Below are positions 60,598 through 64,000 of a DNA stretch of 64,000 nt, piece after piece. The translations under genes and the position numbers were made by a program. Position 1 is the first letter of the stretch. The number at the start of each line of letters is the position of its first letter. The DNA lies in contig CBDDBZ010000032.1 of NCBI GenBank assembly GCA_965225945.1, positions 192,001-256,000 on the forward strand, given 5' to 3'. The notes under the pieces are model-generated. The model ran no database searches. It was not told the origin of the DNA and worked only from the letters and a program-made list of their open reading frames with translations. Source of the DNA: Alphaproteobacteria bacterium. GTDB taxonomy: Bacteria > Pseudomonadota > Alphaproteobacteria > GCA-2731375.

Positions 60598-61521
60598 ATG
60601 GCCGCCGATCCTCAAGCCCCTTTCGATCGCCGCCTGCTGCGGCGGCGCCGGGAGCGCCGGGCGGCGGATCTGGATGCGCACGACTTTCTTTTCGTCGAGG
60701 TGGCGGAACGACTGGCCGATCGCCTGCTCGACGTGGCTCGGCGCTTTCCGTTGGGCGTCGATCTCGGCTGTCATACCGGCCAGCTCGCCCGCGCGCTCGA
60801 AGGGAGTGGCCGGGTCGAGCGGCTGATCAGCGCCGATCTCGCAGCCGCGATGGCGCGGCGCGCGCCGCCGCCGCGCCTGGTGCTGGACGAGGAGGCGTTG
60901 CCCTTCGCCGAGGCCAGTCTCGACCTCGTGGCGAGCAGCCTGTCGCTCCACTGGGTGAACGACCTGCCGGGGACGCTGGCGCAGATCCGCCGGGCGCTGA
61001 AGCCGGATGGCCTGTTCCTGGCCGCGATTGTGGGGGCTTCGAGCCTCGAGGCGCTTCGACGCGCCCTGCTGCTGGCGGAAAGCGAGACCCTGGGCGGCGC
61101 CAGCCCTCGCGTCTCTCCCTTCGTCGAGCTGCGCGACGCCGGTGCCCTGCTGCAGCGCGCGGGCTTCAGCCTTCCCGTGGTCGACCGGGACCGCATCACG
61201 GTCCGCTACCGAGAGCCGGCGAAGCTGTTCCACGATCTCTCAGCGATGGGCGAGAGCAGCGTGCTGGTCGAGGCGCCGCGAGGGCTCGCGAGCCGGCGGA
61301 TGCTGGCCCGCGCGGCCGAGATCCTCGGCCAGGATGGTGGCGAGGGGGAGGGCGGCGCGGCCGTCGACTTCGAGGTGCTCTATCTCACCGCCTGGGCCCC
61401 GGCCGAGAGCCAGCCGCGCCCGCTTCCCCCGGGGAGCGCCACCGCCCGCCTGGCCGACGCGCTGGACACCACCGAAGCCCCCCTCGCGAGCGACGGCGAC
61501 ACGCGGCCGCGCCGGCGTTGA
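60598..61521 (+). CDS. SAM methyltransferase (BioC/NDUFAF5-like)
   Basis: DLGCHTG, SLHWVNDLPG, PRVSPF, LLQRAGFSLPVVD. Confidence 0.9.
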   Translation: MAADPQAPFDRRLLRRRRERRAADLDAHDFLFVEVAERLADRLLDVARRFPLGVDLGCHTGQLARALEGSGRVERLISADLAAAMARRAPPPRLVLDEEALPFAEASLDLVASSLSLHWVNDLPGTLAQIRRALKPDGLFLAAIVGASSLEALRRALLLAESETLGGASPRVSPFVELRDAGALLQRAGFSLPVVDRDRITVRYREPAKLFHDLSAMGESSVLVEAPRGLASRRMLARAAEILGQDGGEGEGGAAVDFEVLYLTAWAPAESQPRPLPPGSATARLADALDTTEAPLASDGDTRPRRR

Positions 61522-61695
61522 GGCTCGATGGGGACGGTTTCACCTTCGAGGATTGCCGCGTATCCAGGCGAAATGGCGCGCCATTAGACTCCGCGTTGCA
61601 TCTGGGGTATCGATTCGTCGTTGAAAATCGGGCTCGACGCCGGTTCGGCGCGCCGGGCGCGGCGAACGGCCCACAACCCACGGGAGTTTCCCGAT

Positions 61696-62229
61696 ATGGC
61701 AGACCCCGCCAAGCGCTATTCCCTGATGCCGATCCCCCCGGTCGAGGAGCACACCAGCTACTTCGATGCCGGCCCGATCACGATCGGCGTCGAATACCGC
61801 CTGTTGAACGACGCGATCGTCAACCAGTACATGGAGGCCCAACAGCAGCCGATCGAGGTCCGCGACGGCATCGACGACCGCGGTGTCTCGCTGCATGTGT
61901 TCGCCACCCAGGACGACGGCGAACGGCTCGAGCGCCTGCGCTTCGACTGCTTCGACGAGGACCCGCACTACCACTATGTGGATTGGCGAGGCCAAGCCAA
62001 CGACATCGTGCCGATCGATGCCGTCGCCGACGGCGATCCGCTGACCTGGGCGCTCGATCGCATCCGCACCCGCCTGCCGCAGATGCTCGCGCGCGCCGGT
62101 GCCGGTGAGATCGCGCGGCGCGTCGACGCCTCGGCGCTCGAAGCGGTTCTGCCGCGGGTCTCCGAAGCGGCCTACCGCGCGCGCTATCACCACGACGACC
62201 AGGCGACGTTGAAGGGCGCGCTCGGCTGA
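61696..62229 (+). CDS. hypothetical protein
   Basis: AGPITIGVEYR, GVSLHV, LRFDCFDEDPHYHY; RBS GGGAG; coding-like GC3. Confidence 0.75.
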   Translation: MADPAKRYSLMPIPPVEEHTSYFDAGPITIGVEYRLLNDAIVNQYMEAQQQPIEVRDGIDDRGVSLHVFATQDDGERLERLRFDCFDEDPHYHYVDWRGQANDIVPIDAVADGDPLTWALDRIRTRLPQMLARAGAGEIARRVDASALEAVLPRVSEAAYRARYHHDDQATLKGALG

Positions 62230-62309
62230 CGGAATACCAACCGCCATAAATGGCGACTCCCCGGCCGCTCCGCTCGCCTGGCGAGTTTCGAGGGATCGGC
62301 GCGATTCCC

Positions 62310-63908
62310 TCAGCCCGCGTCCTCGATCATCATGTCGGCCGCCTTCTCGGCGATCATGATCACCGGCGCGTTGATGTTGCCGGACGGCATCGTCGGCATG
62401 ATCGAGGCGTCGACCACGCGAAGGCCCTCCAGCCCGCGCACCCGGAGCCTCGGGTCGACCACCGCCATGGAATCGTCTTCCGGCCCCATCTTGCAGGTCC
62501 CCATGACGTGATAGGTGGTGCAGCCGGTCCGCCGCGCGTAATCCAGCAGCTCGTCGTCGCTTTGGCAAGCCTCGCCCGGGTTCATCTCGAAGGCGCGGTA
62601 TTTCGCCAGCGCATCCGCCTCGCCCACCTGGCGGGCGATCCGGATCCCGCCCACTAGCGTCTCGCGATCGATCCGTTGGTCGAGGAAATTCGGGCGGATC
62701 TTGGGCGCGGCGAAGGGGTCGGGCGAGCCGATGTGGATCGAGCCCTGGCTCTCCGGCCGGCACTGGTAGACGGCGATGGTCATGCCGGGCTCGCGGTCGA
62801 GATCGCGGGTATCGGCGCTCGCATAGCTGGCGTGGGCGAAAAAGAACTGGCAGTCCGGTGTCGCCAGCTCGGGCCGGGAGCGGACGAAGCCGTGGCCGAT
62901 GCCGCCGCTGAAGGTGAGGACGCCCTTGCGCGTCAGCGCATATTTGAGGATCTCCTTGGCGAAGCGGAGTCCCCGGGTGTCCTCGTTCAAGGTGATCGGC
63001 TGGCGGACCCGCCAGTTGAGCCGGGCGGCATAGTGATCGCGATAGTTCTCGCCGACGCCGGGCAGCGCGTGGGCGACCTCGATGCCGTTGGCGCCCAACA
63101 CTCGAGGATCGCCGATGCCGGAGAGCTCCAGCAGTTGCGGTGATTGCACCGCGCCGGCCGAGAGCACCACGGCGCCGTCGGCCCGGACCCGAGCGCGCCG
63201 GCCGCCGACGTCGAATTCGACGCCGACCACGCGCCTGGCCTCGAGCAGCAGCCGCGTCGCCCGGGCGTGGGTCTCGACCTCCAAGTTCGCCCGCCCGCGC
63301 GCCGGCTTCAAGTAAGCCGCCGCCGTGCTTTCGCGCCGGCCCTTGCGCTGGGTGACCTGGTAGTAGCCGAAGCCGTCCTGCTTCTCGCCGTTGTAGTCGG
63401 GGTTGCGCTCATGGCCGCATTCGACGCCGGCCTCGATGAAGGCGTCGATCAGTTCGTGATGCTCGTACATGTCGGCGACGTTCAAGGGCCCGCCGCCGCC
63501 CCGGATGGCGCTGCCGCCGCGCTCGAAGCGTTCGGCCTTGTTGAAGTAGGGCAGCACGTCGCCATGGCTCCAGCCGGGATTGCCGAGCTGGGCCCAGACG
63601 TCGTAGTCGAGCTGCTGGCCCCGGACGTAGAGCATGCCGTTGATCGAGCTGGAGCCGCCCAGCACCTTGCCGCGCGGGATCGGGATCCGCCGGCCCATGA
63701 CGTTGTCCTCCGGCTCGGTCTCGAAGCGCCAGTTGAGCCTCGGGTGGTTCAACAGCTTGGTGAAGCCGACCGGCACGTGGATCCAGATGTTGCGGTCCTT
63801 GCCGCCGGCTTCCAGCAGCAGGACCTTGTTCTTGGATTGCGCGCTCAACCGGTTGGCCATGACGCAGCCGGCCGAGCCGGCGCCGACGACGATGTAGTCG
63901 TAGCTCAT
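62310..63908 (-). CDS. GMC oxidoreductase (choline dehydrogenase-like)
   Basis: [44 protein letters not shown]. Confidence 0.93.
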   Translation of the reverse strand: MSYDYIVVGAGSAGCVMANRLSAQSKNKVLLLEAGGKDRNIWIHVPVGFTKLLNHPRLNWRFETEPEDNVMGRRIPIPRGKVLGGSSSINGMLYVRGQQLDYDVWAQLGNPGWSHGDVLPYFNKAERFERGGSAIRGGGGPLNVADMYEHHELIDAFIEAGVECGHERNPDYNGEKQDGFGYYQVTQRKGRRESTAAAYLKPARGRANLEVETHARATRLLLEARRVVGVEFDVGGRRARVRADGAVVLSAGAVQSPQLLELSGIGDPRVLGANGIEVAHALPGVGENYRDHYAARLNWRVRQPITLNEDTRGLRFAKEILKYALTRKGVLTFSGGIGHGFVRSRPELATPDCQFFFAHASYASADTRDLDREPGMTIAVYQCRPESQGSIHIGSPDPFAAPKIRPNFLDQRIDRETLVGGIRIARQVGEADALAKYRAFEMNPGEACQSDDELLDYARRTGCTTYHVMGTCKMGPEDDSMAVVDPRLRVRGLEGLRVVDASIMPTMPSGNINAPVIMIAEKAADMMIEDAG

Positions 63909-64000
63909 CGCTTCCCCTCCCCCGCGACCTGCCCGCGAGAGCCTAGCGCGACGGCGCGCGCGAGCGAAGCGAAGGATTTTTTAATCGCGAACTACAGTCC

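Overview
High-GC alphaproteobacterial chromosome segment (Rhodospirillales-like gene content and order; the taxonomy is inference). The core backbone is purEK, metB-like, dsbB, coq7, tRNA-Leu(CAA), DUF898/M48, DUF2339, uup, glnD, mutS, maeB, ptsP, lysC, ubiG, nit, grxC, comF and a GMC oxidoreductase. Three accessory zones interrupt it. (1) 5.9-8.8 kb: an IS110 bridge recombinase and an IS4 element inserted into one palindromic REP-like element. The IS110 left end encodes a bridge RNA whose target, donor and handshake guides can be read directly against the insertion junctions, and its 78-bp target-binding module is tandemly duplicated. This is the most striking observation. (2) 23-28.7 kb: a lower-GC island with a Sel1/trypsin protease broken by two IS630 elements, plus IS110 debris. 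(3) 45-53 kb: an island with IS1595, an integrase fragment, a Cache-HAMP-cyclase/substrate-binding-protein module and a second IS4 copy. Islands 2 and 3 share one architecture: intact host gene, cargo, REP-like palindrome, duplicated 3' end of the same host gene. Several 1-nt frameshifts fall in short base runs and may be sequencing errors. All calls come from reading the sequence by eye; no database searches were run.
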